Assembly: GCA_964016885.1 (NCBI GenBank)
Contig: OZ024743.1
Span: forward strand, 119,474,001 to 119,538,000
DNA from: Eledone cirrhosa
Lineage: Eukaryota
DNA: 64,000 bases
Reading direction: 5' to 3'
Part shown: piece after piece, positions 25,750 through 39,614 of the stretch
Numbering within the stretch: position 1 is the stretch's first letter
Layout of the letters: the number at the start of each line of letters is the position of its first letter
The notes under the pieces: generated by a model
What the model saw: the letters and a program-made list of their open reading frames with translations, nothing else
Database searches by the model: none
What the model was told of the DNA's origin: nothing
Position numbers and translations under genes: made by a program

Positions 25750-27684
25750 CTGTCCCGATGAAAATAATGTCATTAAATATGTATACGTTACTTGTGAGAC
25801 TAGTAGATTATAGAGCTGATAAGATGTCAGGCAAACATCCTAGGAGTGGCTGGATAGTACAGATTTACCGGAGAATTTCAGCGAATACATATACGCTCAA
25901 AACAGAATCTTTTTGTATGACTTATATATAATGTATGAAGACAGCTGTATTTTATTGGTTTGGTTAGAGTTCTTATTAAAGTAAATCGATTCCACTTCCC
26001 TTCAGCGGTTTTTAATCCCCAACTGATGAAATCATAATATGTTATTCTCGATTACTTTATGATGTTTGTAGGCCTATCCCTTCATTCTGGACAATTGCTG
26101 GTTGGGCGGAATGCTCCTTTAGTCAGGTGACTAGCTCTTTCCGTGAAAATTAAGTCGATACTCGTTTTTAAATTTTATCCATTTCCGAATGTGACTTAAT
26201 AATTTATCCTTAAAGTTGTTGTTTTCATTGTTCTACTTTTTGTTTCGCTTCAGGTTAGACTTAATGAAGAAAACATATGGTCACCTGTATTCTAACCGTA
26301 AACATCCCGACATTTTCTTCTTCTTGCCAGTCGGTGTATCGAGCTCTACATTATTTCTCGTTTTAGACAGTGGGGTTGAAATTGATGGAAGTTTGGTTTC
26401 TATTTCTAGTATGATGGGTGGTCGCGTAGGTATTCTCTCTTCGGCCTGTTTCTGCCTTTGTTGGTGTTAAAGCGAAGTGTTAGTGTATCCAAATAAGGCA
26501 TAAGGATTAACACATCTTCATTGAAAGATATTATAAAATAGCTCGAAATAAATGTATATTGTTTATGAAATACACTTCATTTCAATGGGAAAATTAATCA
26601 TGATAGTTATACTTTTCTGAAAACATGAATAATATAGGTGAAGTAAATCTGCTACATTTAGTAACTTGAAATTGAATGGAAAACTACTCATAACACTCAA
26701 TTGCTTTTATCTATATCTTATATCTCAATTCAAATCTCTAACTTATTCTAGTTATTGTTTGCCGCTAATCAAAACAGTTTAGATACTAACTACAGATCTC
26801 AGCGCCGAAAATTAAATGCTTCACTTAGTTACTTTGAAATTCAAACATTTCTTTTATCACACACCGATTTCTTAATCAGTTCACCAATATACAAAGAAGA
26901 CGGAGAAATGTGTGAATTGCTATACACAATTTTATTCCTTCTCATATATTATACTACTCTAATGACGACCAAATTTTATATAAAATTGTATAATTGGAAT
27001 GTTTTTTTCTATAATACAAATAAGGTATCTATGGACAACAGCTACCTTTAAAATATTTAGGTCATCAAAAATGAATGATAATAAAAAGAATCAAATAGAA
27101 ATTTTTGAAAAATGTAGGCGAAGCAGTTAGGCTTGATTTAAGCTTTTCATTTCTCCGGAGCTATTCAATCCATAATTTATCATTTCCTTTTTGATAGTTT
27201 GGGGTTCTTTTGATAGAAAAAAATAACGTTTTTCTATTCAATTTCATACCAAAAAATATAATTTCCACTGAGGCTACTTACATTTAGGTTTAAATGAAAA
27301 CAGGCATAATGTAAAGGACTTGGCTGTCCTTATAGAAATATCTTTAGTTAAGCCATAAAATTCATCATCTGTGAGACTTGTAAACAGCTGGAGTGATAGG
27401 ATGGCAGGCAAATTTGGATGGTTGCTGTCAAATCACCGCTTCTGTGCCAAACTTAGGCCACATACGTTTTTCTCTAAAAGAATAGTAAGTGACTGCAGTT
27501 AAATAAGACCCCCCCCCCCAAACGTAAGTAAAGTAGGTGCATGTATTGTTACGTATAGAAATGATTTCTACGGGACTAGAATTGTAATACTTGTTTGAAA
27601 TTATCCAGCTGCGAGCAAATGTTATCGGAGAAATAATTGTTACGTAATAAACATACACATACACAAACACATACATATACATAC

Positions 27685-27739
<55 letters not shown>

Positions 27740-27742
<3 letters not shown>

Positions 27743-27825
27743 TAATAATAATAAATTTGAAGACTAAAATCCAAAGAGGGCTCGATAAGGATAAATATAT
27801 ATCAAATATATTTATTAAAATTTTA

Positions 27826-27830
<5 letters not shown>
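27740..27830 (-). repeat. TA-embedded cassette of about 90 bp; three copies (also about 44695-44785 and 48905-48995)
   Basis: Shared tatatttgatatatattt(a/t)tccttatcgagccctcttt(g/c)gattttagtcttcaa. Confidence 0.8.
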
Positions 27831-27918
<88 letters not shown>

Positions 27919-27945
27919 CATATATATATATGTGTGTGTGTGTGT

Positions 27946-28155
27946 GAGTCCCAGGTTCAATCGGGGTAACCACAGCAAGTAAAGTACTCAATTCACTATT
28001 AGAGTGTATACAAAATTTAATATAGAAATGGCTTCTACAGAACTAGACATGTTTCATTCGTAAGAAATCATCAGGGCTTCCCTGGTGATTTCTTACGAAT
28101 GAAACAGTTCTAGTCCCGTAGAAGCCACTTCTACATGAAATTTATGTATATATAC
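27946..28155. mobile_element. Fold-back cassette family B with head-to-head hammerhead cores
   Basis: Minus 28046-28074 reads CTGATGA-tttc-ttac-gaat-GAA-ACATGT-C. Inverted copy at 28082-28110, axis near 28078. Homologous to 53055-53240. Confidence 0.75.
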
Positions 28156-29062
28156 AATTGCATTTACACGCATATGTAAGTGTGACCCCGGCTGGACCAG
28201 CACTACCGTCAGTAGAGGTCGATACTGCCAGAAGACCATCTCGACGACAGAAGACCTTGTGTCTTTCGTTTGTATTTGTATTTTTACAATATATTTTCCT
28301 CTTTAAAATATTATTTTTCGTGTTGCCTTGTTTTCGTTCGTTGTCTTTTCTTTGTCAATTTTCCTAAATTTATTATTACTAATTTGTGCCAATAATTTCC
28401 AGCCCCCAATAATTTCAATGGGTTACATTTTTAACACAATAGCATCCTTTCTTCATCTTGCCTTTTTTCTTTCCTTTTCTTTTTTCTGTTTTCATTATAT
28501 GATTCCTAAGGGATAAGTATTTAAATGTCTACAATTGGTCCTATGTAGTTGAATGAAACTACTCTATATATTTAGCAATTGCCTGCGGCCAATGATGGAT
28601 GTGAGTGTGTGCGATGCATACACAAACGTGCACTTACACACACACAAACACAACACAAACACATACACACACATATATATATATATAGTCTGCAAATATA
28701 TATATATAGTCTGTATATATATATATATATATATATACACCAGGCTGGTCTTAAAGGACCAGGAAATTACAAGCTTTCCTTACTACTCTTTTTCTTTTTC
28801 TTTTCTTTTTTAATCTTTTCATTTTCACTGACAAGGAGGATTCTGTGTTTACAATAACAGCTTAACGTGGTGTTTACTCATGAAATCTATCTGTATAACA
28901 CCTTGTTTGGACGGTTAAAGTGTCTTAAATGGTGGGCTCCTGTCAAATTGACATTCAGATATGTTTACACTGTGTATGTACACTATCTCAACAACACCGT
29001 TTTCGTCCATTGACAATCTATTGTTAATCGACGTTGAATGAGTATTGGTGTTGGTAGTGGTG

Positions 29063-29184
<122 letters not shown>

Positions 29185-29228
29185 AAAATGATAGCAGTAA
29201 TAATTATAACAAAAATAATTTCTTACAT

Positions 29229-30049
29229 AATTGTTTTTACTTTTGGCAGCAATTACTCTAGTGCATTACTGGTACTTGATTTTATCGACCCCGTAAGGAT
29301 GAAAGGCAAAGTTAACCTCAGCAGAATTTGAATTCAGATCATAAAGGGCCGTAACTCTATGCTGCAAAGGATAGTGTCCGACCCTCTCCTGATACTGCCA
29401 ATCCACCAGCTTTTCTTACATAATAATGATAATTGTCTCTACTTTTGGCACAATGCGAGCAATTACCCAGTGCATTACTGGTACTTTATTTTATCGACCC
29501 CGTAAGGATGAAAGGCAAACTTAACCTCGGCGATAATAAGGGTTTCTAATATAGGCAAAGGACCAGAGGTGTTCCGGACGGTAAGGGATGTCGATTATAT
29601 CGAACCTGGTACTTTATTTTAGTGATTTCGGATGGAGGAACGGCAAAGCTCACGTCGGCGGAATTTGAACCCAGAACGTACAGGGCCATAACTCTATGCT
29701 TCAAAGCATGGTGTCTGACGCTATACTGATATTGCTAATCCACCGCCCTAATAGAAAATCGTAACTAAATCCTACCAATTCACATCCCTCCAATAACAAC
29801 GGAAACAAAAACAATAATGATAACAATAAAAATATTTTCTACTATAGGTACAGGGCCAGCAATTTTGGGGGAGGGGGAAGTCGAATAAATCGACCCCAGC
29901 TCATTACTGGTGCATTATTTTATCGCCCCTGTAAGGATGAAAGGCAAAGTTGATTTCGGCAGGATTTGAACTCAGAACATAAAGGGCCATAACTCTATAC
30001 TGCAATGTATGGTGTCTGACGCTCTACCAATACTGTCAATCCACCGCCC
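29229..30049 (-). mobile_element. Stack of four co-oriented tRNA-derived SINEs
   Basis: Copies at about 29229-29410, 29430-29532 (truncated), 29535-29748 and 29830-30049; the first has TSD tttcttacataat. Confidence 0.85.
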
Positions 30050-30199
30050 TAATAATAATAACAACTACAACTACAACAACAACAATAGCAGCAGCAGCAA
30101 TAACAGCAACAACAAAACAACAATGATTTCGTTAATAGCCACAAATTGTGCGACGACAAACAGTGATGGTACAAAGAGAAGATACAAAATACAGCAAGG

Positions 30200-31090
30200 A
30201 AGTGTATATAAACGAAAAGGAAAGTAATAAATTCCGACAATGAAAAATTCGGAACCCGACAAACCCAGGATGACCCAAACCACAAAGGAATGCGCATTCT
30301 ACCAGCTGTTGTCCTTCAACTTACGCATGCTCAAGGCAAGTTAATTTATCCAAACCTTGTTCCCTTTTTCAGTTATATTTTAAGAAAGTATTCAGAGGCT
30401 AAACTTCCTTTCCAAGTAGAATTTATAAAGTCGAGTAATACTTGTACGAAAAAAAAAATGTTTTTCCATTGTGTCCATCACGTAACCTCTATCACCATAT
30501 CCGCCAAGAACAATATACATAACCGTCTCTGGCAGAAAAATCTATCAGAAGTACAACTAAAACAACTAAAGGATGAGTTTAAGCAAGCTAAAACTGATGC
30601 ACATCAAACTCTGCGGAAATTACCTGGTGGCCAAATCTTCCAGCAGAGTTGCAGGCTGTTGCTAATTTAAAAATAGCAAAGAGCTATATAGCCACATAAA
30701 AAAAACTTTTGGTCCCCTATGTGGCAAAATCACATATATAAGGACACACGATGGCAGTGGCCTACGCACTACTATGGACACCAGTCGAAGGAGAAAACAT
30801 TTTTCAGAACTCCTGAACAGATTCTCACGTGAAGGCTGCAGTTCTGGATACTATAGATCAGCATCCCATAGTCTACGCAAGAAAACAAGCTTCTTTACTC
30901 ATGTGAGACCTGGGTAACTTATAAGAAACATTTAAAATTACTGGAACGCTTCTACCTGGGCTACCTCAGTTCAATCTTGGGCATCCGCTGGTTCTCGCAT
31001 GTTCAAAGGTACAGTAACAAACTGAAACACTCAAAATAGAAGCTTTTAAACACAGGAAGCACCTTCGCTGGACATCTTCGAAGCCGAAAT
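30200..31090 (+). pseudogene. Highly decayed RTE-type LINE fragments
   Basis: LKDEFKQAKTDAHQTLRK, KHFSELLN, LLYSCETWVTYKKHLKLLERF and HLRW motifs in broken frames. Confidence 0.65.
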
Positions 31091-31145
31091 CACTTGGCGC
31101 CGAGGTCGGGATTTTACATATCTCTATATAAATATATATATATAT

Positions 31146-31276
31146 TAGTTTTGCGAGGTTTTTTATATGAAATCGTGTGTCGAAACAAATATTGTTATAC
31201 TTGGGGAGGGTCATATTTGTGTAATATTGCCAGAATTAATAACAGATCACACTCACTGTTTGGTTGGTTTTCGCTT
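31146..31276 (-). repeat. Tail fragment of the cassette family at 62613-63221
   Basis: Reverse complement of about 63085-63220; TA-flanked. Confidence 0.8.
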
Positions 31277-31295
31277 TTCGCGAACACACATATAC

Positions 31296-31345
<50 letters not shown>

Positions 31346-32605
31346 ATGTGTGTGTACGTGTGTGTATGTGTGTGTACGTGTGTGTATGTATGCATATATG
31401 TATGTCAGTATGAGTGTGTGCGCGCGCGCGCGTATATATACACCACTCATCTCCTGCGGCAATTTTTTTCATTCATTTTCGCTTTTCTTGCTTCCTTGTT
31501 TTCTTGCTTCCTTTCTTACTTGTTCATACCAAACACTTAAAGACAGCTTTTGTGATATGATCTGTAAGCTTCAGTCATATATAAAAAGAAATAATCGTAA
31601 CTCTGGTCTGCTTAGACAAGATCAAAAGTATCAAGTGTATTACTGTGTATAGTGTAACAAAATACACAAAAGAATGTTCCAGTAGCTCATCAGATATATA
31701 TGTTCCGAAGGAGGAGATCACCGAGAGCTAAGAAGGTTTGCATGATGTGTGATTTGGTGGAGGTTGCGTGGGCTGGGTTCAAAGTGAGATATGGGTAGCT
31801 GAGTAGATCAAGTCGATGTGGAGGGTGGATATACATCAATGTCGAAGAGTCCAGCGAAACTATCAGTCTTTTTTTTTTTTCGATTTTTGTTTTATTTTCC
31901 TTTTTTTATTTATTACTCTTTTCTTCTTTCTTTTTTTAAAGTAGTTTGTTTATCCATGTATGAAGCTAGTAGGGGTCGATGGGTGAATGAAGTGATAGTA
32001 TTTTCTTTATCAAAATGAGGGTGTATGGTTATAGAGGAATCGTTTAGCGTGTCTGGGTCTGATCAAGCTACAAGAACACAAATAAGACGGAGCCGCGCCA
32101 GGTTATGGTTGAATGCAGCTGTCACAGCATCATATGGACTGTTGGAAAGAGTACATTAGTAGAGTCAACAAGAAAGCATGCTAGAACTTATTAAGTTAGT
32201 GGCCTTTAAGAAAAAGGCCTCATCGCCATCGGAACACGCTCGAGCGTAACGGTTGATAGAAATTTAGCTCTTCAACGCAGACAAAATAATGGTGATACCT
32301 ATAATTAATTTTAGTTGTTATCCCATCCAGGTCATTCAGTACAAGTCATTAGTCGTGTTCTGTGTCTACTTTAAGTAGATAAACTATTTAAGAAAACACG
32401 TGTAGACCGAAGCCACTATTTGCTTCACTCAGCACACGCTATATTTCAATAGTGGCACTTTGTTTGGTGTCACATAACACAAAACGTTACATGATGTCAC
32501 ACAATAAAAACGCTCATTTCCAATTGAAGCTTCAATCTCTAATATCAAGCGAATGAAACCACAAATTTTCGGTTTTCTATTATAAATTGTATCGTTATCA
32601 TTATC

Positions 32606-32795
32606 GGGCGGTGGATTGGCAGTATCAGTAGAGGGTCGGACGACATGCTTTGCAGCACAGAGTTAGGTCCCTTTACGGACTGAGTTCAAATCCCGCCGGG
32701 GTTAACTTTGCCTTTCATCCTTACGGGGTCGATAAAATAAAGTACCAGTAATGTACTGTGTAATTGCTGGCCTTGTGCCAAAATTAGAAACAATT
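32606..32795 (+). mobile_element. Full-length tRNA-derived SINE with an (ATT)n tail
   Basis: gggcggtggattggcagtatcagtagag (A box), gagttcaaatcc (B box), central gcctttcatccttacggggtcgataaaataaagtaccag (recalls conserved SINE core domains; family not assigned), ending agaaaca-attattatt. Confidence 0.9.
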
Positions 32796-32825
32796 ATTAT
32801 TATTATTATTATTGTTATTGTTATT

Positions 32826-33979
32826 CCTTGAATCTCAGTCATTGATGTTGGTTAACTGGAAAGTCCGTTGGATTGAATATCAAGCCACTACCTGCAGCCT
32901 CAGATATTCAGGACGTATCGGAGGGTTCTTGCCGTTCCAAGCAAGCATGCCTTTTGAAGCGTTCCAAAAAGCGTGAAGGGGCCGATTTTCTTTAACCATC
33001 CCTGGAAACCTTTGGAGATAGTCCCCAGTGCGCCTATGACAATCGGGATCACTTTGACTTCATGGCAGTTCCAAATCCTTTTCACCTCCCACTTTAGGTC
33101 CTGGTATCGGTTAATTTTCTCCCTCTCCTTCTCTTGCACTCTCGTGTCGAACGGGCAGGCCACATCCACAATCAGGCACGATCTTTTTTCTTTGTCCACA
33201 ACCACCAGGTCAGGTCTATTGTGTTCCAGTTTTTTGTCCGTCTGTATCCTAAAATCCCACAGCACCTTCACCTGACTGTTCTCCATCACCGCCTCTGGCC
33301 TATGCTCATACCATTTCTCAGAATGTGGTAGATTGTTTACTTTGCACAGGTGCCAGTGGATCACCCTGCCCATCACATCGTGTCTCCAGCCCTTATAGTG
33401 GGTCTGGGCTAGGTGTTTACACTCGGACACAATGTGAGCCACAGTCTCCTCTCTCTCTCCACAGATCCTGCACAGTGGGCTAGCCTCCTCCTTGTAGATA
33501 TGGTGCTTCAACCACTTCGTTTTGAGGGCCTGCTCCTGCGCAGCCATTAGCATTCCTTCTGTAGCCTTTTTGAGGTCTCCTCTTCTCAACCAGTTCCATG
33601 TCTGTGGATCTCTAAATTCAGTTTTCTCAAAGAAGGTACTATGAAGGGATTTTCCCTTAAGGCTGCTCTTCCTCCTTGATGTTATTTCCTCCTTGGGTAT
33701 CCCCTGGCCTACTCTCCCCTCCTTCAGTACAGCTCTGAGCATTGGCTCCTTACTATAGGTCACGTATTTGTATAGGTTGTTTTTCTCCATCTGAACACAG
33801 TCCTCTATGCTGATAAGACCTCTTCCACCCTCAGATCTCCTTAGGTAGAGTCTATCGACATCACTCCTCTTGTGGAACATGTTGTAGATAGTCAATAGCT
33901 TCCTAGTCTTCCTATCCATTTCTTTTTGTTCAGCAACATTCCATCTCAGAATTCCCGCACTGTACCTAATAATAGACAC

Positions 33980-33980
<1 letters not shown>
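32826..33980 (-). mobile_element. 5'-truncated R4/Dong-type non-LTR retrotransposon in (TAA)n
   Basis: Open 3' ORF and a short 3' UTR; both ends abut ATT repeats (32793-32825, 33981-34016). Confidence 0.9.
32900..33979 (-). CDS. C-terminal part of an RT ORF: thumb, CCHC finger and restriction-like endonuclease
   Basis: RLYLRRSEGGRGLISIE, CRICGEREETVAHIVSEC, RHD, HNRPDLVVVDK..LIVDVACPFD..EKEREKINRYQDL, PIVIGALG; no stops over 359 aa. Confidence 0.92.
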   Translation of the reverse strand: MSIIRYSAGILRWNVAEQKEMDRKTRKLLTIYNMFHKRSDVDRLYLRRSEGGRGLISIEDCVQMEKNNLYKYVTYSKEPMLRAVLKEGRVGQGIPKEEITSRRKSSLKGKSLHSTFFEKTEFRDPQTWNWLRRGDLKKATEGMLMAAQEQALKTKWLKHHIYKEEASPLCRICGEREETVAHIVSECKHLAQTHYKGWRHDVMGRVIHWHLCKVNNLPHSEKWYEHRPEAVMENSQVKVLWDFRIQTDKKLEHNRPDLVVVDKEKRSCLIVDVACPFDTRVQEKEREKINRYQDLKWEVKRIWNCHEVKVIPIVIGALGTISKGFQGWLKKIGPFTLFGTLQKACLLGTARTLRYVLNI

Positions 33981-34016
<36 letters not shown>

Positions 34017-34449
34017 TGTCTAAGCGGACGTATTTTGCTCGCTCCCAGTAAGTCGCTTTATTTGCCTGTTAAAATTATTTGTTGTTAAATATGTCTTGTT
34101 GTGTAAGGGATATAAGCCCTTAGACTTTGCCCTGTGAAGGGGAAAGTATAATATTTGGGCCTTTTGGCCCAAATATTTGAATTTTTTTTCCATGTTAAAA
34201 CATTTACGGAGAAAAAAAAACAGCGATATGTCTGCTGTGGTGCGACAACGACGTGGAAGTTGAGAGGAGCGCTACAGCGAAATTAACACAAATTGATAAC
34301 ACAAACACCACCACAAACAATGTAAACAAAGACACCAATGATAGCAATGAGAACTCTAATTTTGAAAAAAATGACAGTAACAGCGACAACGAATATACAG
34401 ATAACAAAAAAAAAATAACAAATACAACAACAATATCAACACCACTAAC

Positions 34450-36152
34450 ATGAAAACAAATAGCGACAACACCAACAGCAACAATACCAACTGCACCGAG
34501 AACAACGGTGGCAACAAAGACAACAATGATATCAGCGACAGTGCTAACAACAACACCAACAAGAACAACGACAACAACACCCCCAACGAAAACAAGAAGG
34601 ACACTTTCGCTGCGGCAGCAGCAAAAAAGAGGCCATGCTTCAACATGGACCTCTCAAACAAAGATGAAAAGTTGGCCCAGGCATGGAAGCTCATCAAGCA
34701 AGAGCAAACCTGGGCCAACTTAACTGTCCCGGTAGAAGTTATTGAGGCAGTGGAGCGCAGAACGGTGGTTTATAGATGCATCTCAGCACAAACCAAAAGG
34801 GCAGCTTTAATCCCACAAGAATATGTCGAAGTCGCGCTGAGGTGCATCAGAGAAGACACCGAATACATAGAGAGGGGTAGACAGTACGGCACTATTTCGG
34901 TGTTGTTCAAGTCAGAAACCCTTGCTATGAAACACGCTATGACTCCTTGCAAAACCAGCAAGGTCATAATGTACCCCTCCCACATGGGAAAAAGAACGGC
35001 CCGTCTCCGCATTCCCAGAATCCCACCAGGACTTGACATGTGGTGGCTTCTGGGATGTGTGATTGTGGATGGGACGGATACCATCCCTATAGAAGTGACC
35101 AGAACGGCCAGAGAGGACTGGTTCGGGGTTGACCTGGAGATCCTTCTCCAGATCAGGACCGAGAATGTGAAGACAATCCCGGACCACATCCGCCTTCAGA
35201 ATGGGACGGTCATTCACATTATGACCGAAGGCAAAAGGCCGCAGTGTTTTGTTTGTGGGGAAAAAATCCATTTGCGAGCCTTCTGCCCTCAACTGCTGAA
35301 AGAGGCAAGGGGTCGAAAGGCTCTACTGCTGCCGACGCCGGGGCGAGGACCACAACCGACACCAGCACCGGCAAAACCACTAACAACAATACCAATAGAA
35401 AGACCACCACCAACATTGACCACCCAGAGGGGAAACGAGGAAAGCTGTCAAATCCCCCCCCCCAATACACACACCAATAAAACCATAAACATACATACAG
35501 ACACACTCACAGACACAGACCTCTCATCTACCAGTAGTGAAGATGAGGGAAAACCAAAATCCCCCAAAATACAAAAAAGGGAACACAAAAAGAAAAAAAA
35601 AATCAACAAAGCACAAAAGCACCCACAATAAAAAACGCAGACACCACCCACGCAAACATCTCTCCAATAACACCAACATCAACACCACCATCACCATCAC
35701 CAGAATCCCCCAAACGCAAACAACCTAAACAGACGCAAGAACAAATATACACACAAACATCTGAAACCACAGACACCGCACTCACAACAACATCACCAAA
35801 ACCATCACCACCACAGCCACGCAAACAAATAAAATCACACCAACAAAACATACAAAACTTCGTGCTCGTCAGGAGGGCCAACAAGGAACTGATGGCCCTC
35901 GTAGCACGAAGTGACAATATACAAAAAGAGGGGGAAATGTTTAAATCGAGCACATTTCGCGTGCCGGAAGATTTGGTTCTGGTGCGAATGTCGCTCGATA
36001 TATTCAAAGAAATACGAGACAGCTTTCCTTGGAACGTGGGAACCCAGAACGTAAAACCCACTTCAAGACTTCTAAAGGGGTTCCCAAAAGAAACCCCACC
36101 AACTATGGAGGTCGAACAACCCGACCTTCACAAGAGACCGGAAGGTAAGTAA
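34450..36152 (+). pseudogene. ORF1 (CCHC knuckle), interrupted near 35631
   Basis: CFVCGEKIHLRAFC knuckle, Asn-rich N-terminus, shared REDW.G...E.L.Q and EGKRP motifs; the last segment ends RPEGK* at 36152. Confidence 0.8.
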
Positions 36153-36183
36153 ACCTTCCTCTCTCTCTTTTTAACTTGCCAAC

Positions 36184-39100
36184 ATGGCCGTATTAAGAGT
36201 AGGATGTTTAATAGTTCGAAACCTGGGATCGTCCTGGAAGCAGGGTCACCTGCTCAACGACCTCAGGTCTATAGAAATGGATGTAATTGCCGTCAGCGAG
36301 ACCAGGATTTCCGACACGCGCGCACTAGCCCCCATTTTCGACGACTATCAGATCTTTGTATCTGTTAGCCGGCCGGGAATGGGAGGGGGGGGGGCAGTGC
36401 TGTTTAGGAAAGGCCTGGATCTCGAGGTAAGGTCGATCTTCCGGGACCCAGACGGGAAGTTGGTGGTCCTGGAGGTGAACAATAACGAAGGTAGTGCCTT
36501 TAGACTGGTGGCCGTCTATGCTCCTACTGAGGCAGGACGGCCGGACTTCTTTAGACGCCTGGAAGCCTTTCTGTGTACGTCTCGCCCTTTACTTTTAGCG
36601 GGGGACTGGAACGGCTTCTTAGACGCACGCTGGGACTGTGTGGGAGTATCCGATAGGAGCGGGGGATACAAAAGCTTCAAGAACCTGATCAGCCAGTTCC
36701 AACTGTCGTCTGACAGGTACCGACTAGATTTCCCTAATGCGCCAGTGTGGACCTGGGCTAACCGCATAGGGTCATCTAGATCGTATATAGACAGGATATT
36801 CATTAGGAAAATAGACAGAAATAGTGTAAGCTGTCCACGTTTTGAAACGGTCGCCTATTCAGATCACAAGTTTGTGATCTGTATGGTAGACCTAGATAAG
36901 ACGGGTAGGTTAGGACCTGGTTACTGGTTACTGGAAGCTAAACATGTAATTTCCGGCACGTAAGGCTTACAGGGACAAGGTCAACAATTTAGTTAAGAAA
37001 AAGTTGACAGGGGGAGTCGTCAACAATAGATGGTGGGGGGCTCTCAAAAGAGAGATTAGAGTAATGTCGATAGAGTTTAGCAAAGAAGTAGCGTTAGAGA
37101 AAAATAGAAAGGAGGGGGAGTTGGTAGATAAGTTAGACGAGGCTATTGGTAGTGGCATTGCAACTGACGTGCTAGCGGCGAGAATGGCATTAGACCATTT
37201 GTTCAATGCGAAACACGAAGGTTGCATTGTCAGAGCTAAGGTGCGTGCTCTGAGAAACGAGGGAACCAAAGCTGTTCGATTGGCCCGCGTGGCAGAGGCG
37301 CAGCGTGGTAATAAAACCACGATTCGGTCTTTGACGGACCGAGACGGGCACGAGCTGAGCGATTCCAAGAGGATGTGTGAGGCCTTTCGCCAACATTTTG
37401 CTCGGTTGTTCGGGGGAAGTGGCGGGTCAGAGATGGTGGCGGACTTCAGTCTCTACCTCGATGGCTTGCCGCAACTCTCGATGGCGGACGCTGGGCGCTG
37501 CGAAAGACCAATTACTTCAGCCGAGATTCAGAATGCCCTTATCGGCTGCATGAGGCGCAAGTCACCCGGTTTGGATGGTCTGCCCTACGAGCTTTACGTA
37601 AATATGCCAGACTTGTTCTCCAATCTCCTCGAAGCCCTCTACTGCAACTGGCAGCAAAACGGGAATATTCCCAGTTCTTTGAGCCGGGGCGTAATGTCGC
37701 TGATAAGGAAAGACGAGAACAAGAGGGACACATTAGACAATTTCAGGCCCATAACTCTGCTCAACACAGAGTTTAAGATTTTGGCCAGAGTGTTAGCGAA
37801 GAGGTTGGCGCTTCTCGTCGGGGATTAGGTTGGCGAGGCGCAAACTTGTGCAATCCCAACCAGGTCCATACACGACAACCTCCACCTAATGCGCTACATC
37901 ATAGAGAGGGTAGGGTGTAAACCTGGCTTCGGTGGGGCTCTGATCAATTTAGATTAATCGAAAGCATTCGATAGGGTCGACCATCGGTACCTGGAGGCTG
38001 TCCTCAAGGCGGCTGGCTTCGGCCCCGTCTTCAGAAGCTGGATCGCTGCAATGCACAGCGGCACCTGCTCGATGGTCAAAATTAATGGCCACCTCTCGGA
38101 ACCGTTTCAGGTCTCCTGATCGGTCCGTCAAGGGTGCCCTCTCTCCTCCTTTCTGTATGTATTGACTCTCGAGCCTTTACTGCGGAAGCTGGAGCTGTTG
38201 CAGGGCATCCCGTTTGAACCGGGACGCGGAAAGGCTGTGTTGGCTTATATGGACGACATCACCGTGATGGCGTCGGACACCTCAGAAATCGAGGTGGTCG
38301 GCAACTTATTGGAGGAATATGAAAGGTTGACGGCAGCAAAACTTAACCCGGAAAAGTCGGTGGGCTTGCAACTCGGCACCTGCAGAAGCAAGTCCATGCC
38401 GTCCAACAGCGTCGTTAGGCACTGGACGGACGGATCGGTAAAGTTGCTAGGGGTTTGGTTCGGGCCAGACCTCCAGGTGGATAAGAAATGGAACCAGGTG
38501 ACGGGCAGGGTAGCCAGTCTCACCCAGAAATGGGCTGGGATGAAGCTATCACTGAAAGGTCGGGCAGAGGTAGCGAACGCGTACGTCGCGTCCGTCATCT
38601 ACTACCGTCTGACCGTCGTCCCTTGACCCCGTTCGCGCCTCGCCATCTTGGAGCGGCTCCTCTTCAAATTCTTGTGGTGGGGTCAGGTTCCGCTGGTGAG
38701 GCGGTCCATCTGCTGCCAGCACCCTCTACGTGGAGGGCTGAGCATGCTGTGGCTAATGATGCGCAGGCACGCGCTGAGGCTGCGGCATCTCCAGATATTC
38801 TGTCTAAACGGTGAACAGGTGTGGTCACCGTTTGTCAGACGGGCCTTTCCGCAGCTCGTTTCTTTGACTGAGCTGCAGTCCTGGGTCAAGAAGAGACCGA
38901 GACTGGGTGACTGGCATCTGGAATGTTGCCAGGCACTCACTGCCCTCTACCAGGCGGGCAATGCGGTCAGTGGAACTTCCACTCTCGAGTTCTATAGAGG
39001 ATTAGTGGTGGGAAAGTGCGACGACGCACTCGGAGAGGCTCTGGGAGTCAACGAAGTCAAACTAACCAGTCTGTTCCGGAGGACTTTCGAGCCGGGGACG

Positions 39101-39614
39101 ATGGATAATTTCCAAAAATCCCTCGCTTGGCAGTGCTACCGGAGGACACTGCCGGTTCGTGATAAACTCTACAGGCCCGGAAGTGCTGTTAGACGGACCT
39201 GCCCGAGATGCGCGCAAAGCGACGAAACCGTTCTGCACGCACTTGTCCAGTGTCCGTGCACTACTGACTTGTGGAGTTATGTCGAACAGCTGTTGTCGCG
39301 TGTAGAACGGATCCTGCTATCGGCCGAGTCCATAGTGAAGATCGACCCGCCGCCTTCTTTTGGCCAGGAAGGGCAGGCAATTTTCCTCTGTCTGGTGGCA
39401 GTAGCGAAAGAGGTTGTATGGTGAACAAGGTTGAAAGGACTTAAGACAGACACTATTCTCTTCGGCCAATCCCTCATCAACTTTTTCAAGTTTCACTTGG
39501 AAAGGAAGGAGAGGGTGGAGAGAGAAGTGCTGCCCCCAGTACATTTGCTGAAAGTGGGTGAATGTGGCGAGAATGGCCCGTGTGATTGGGCCTACTCTGG
39601 TCATGCGGCTGTAG
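36184..39614 (+). pseudogene. ORF2 APE-RT-zinc finger with several stops and frameshifts
   Basis: GDWN, SDHK, FRPITLLN, YMDD, CPRCAQSDETVLHALVQC; 7-bp duplication tggttac near 36920. Confidence 0.93.

Noticed and set aside
31160-31200. tatga...cgaaac as a hammerhead
   Set aside because: No CUGANGA or stem II; it is the antisense of the tail of the 62613 family.
31665-31700. CTGATGA-gctact-GGAAC on the minus strand
   Set aside because: Stem II and GAAA are defective; at most a dead remnant.
32606-32700. tRNA gene
   Set aside because: A/B boxes belong to SINE heads; no full cloverleaf, and the SINE core and tail follow.
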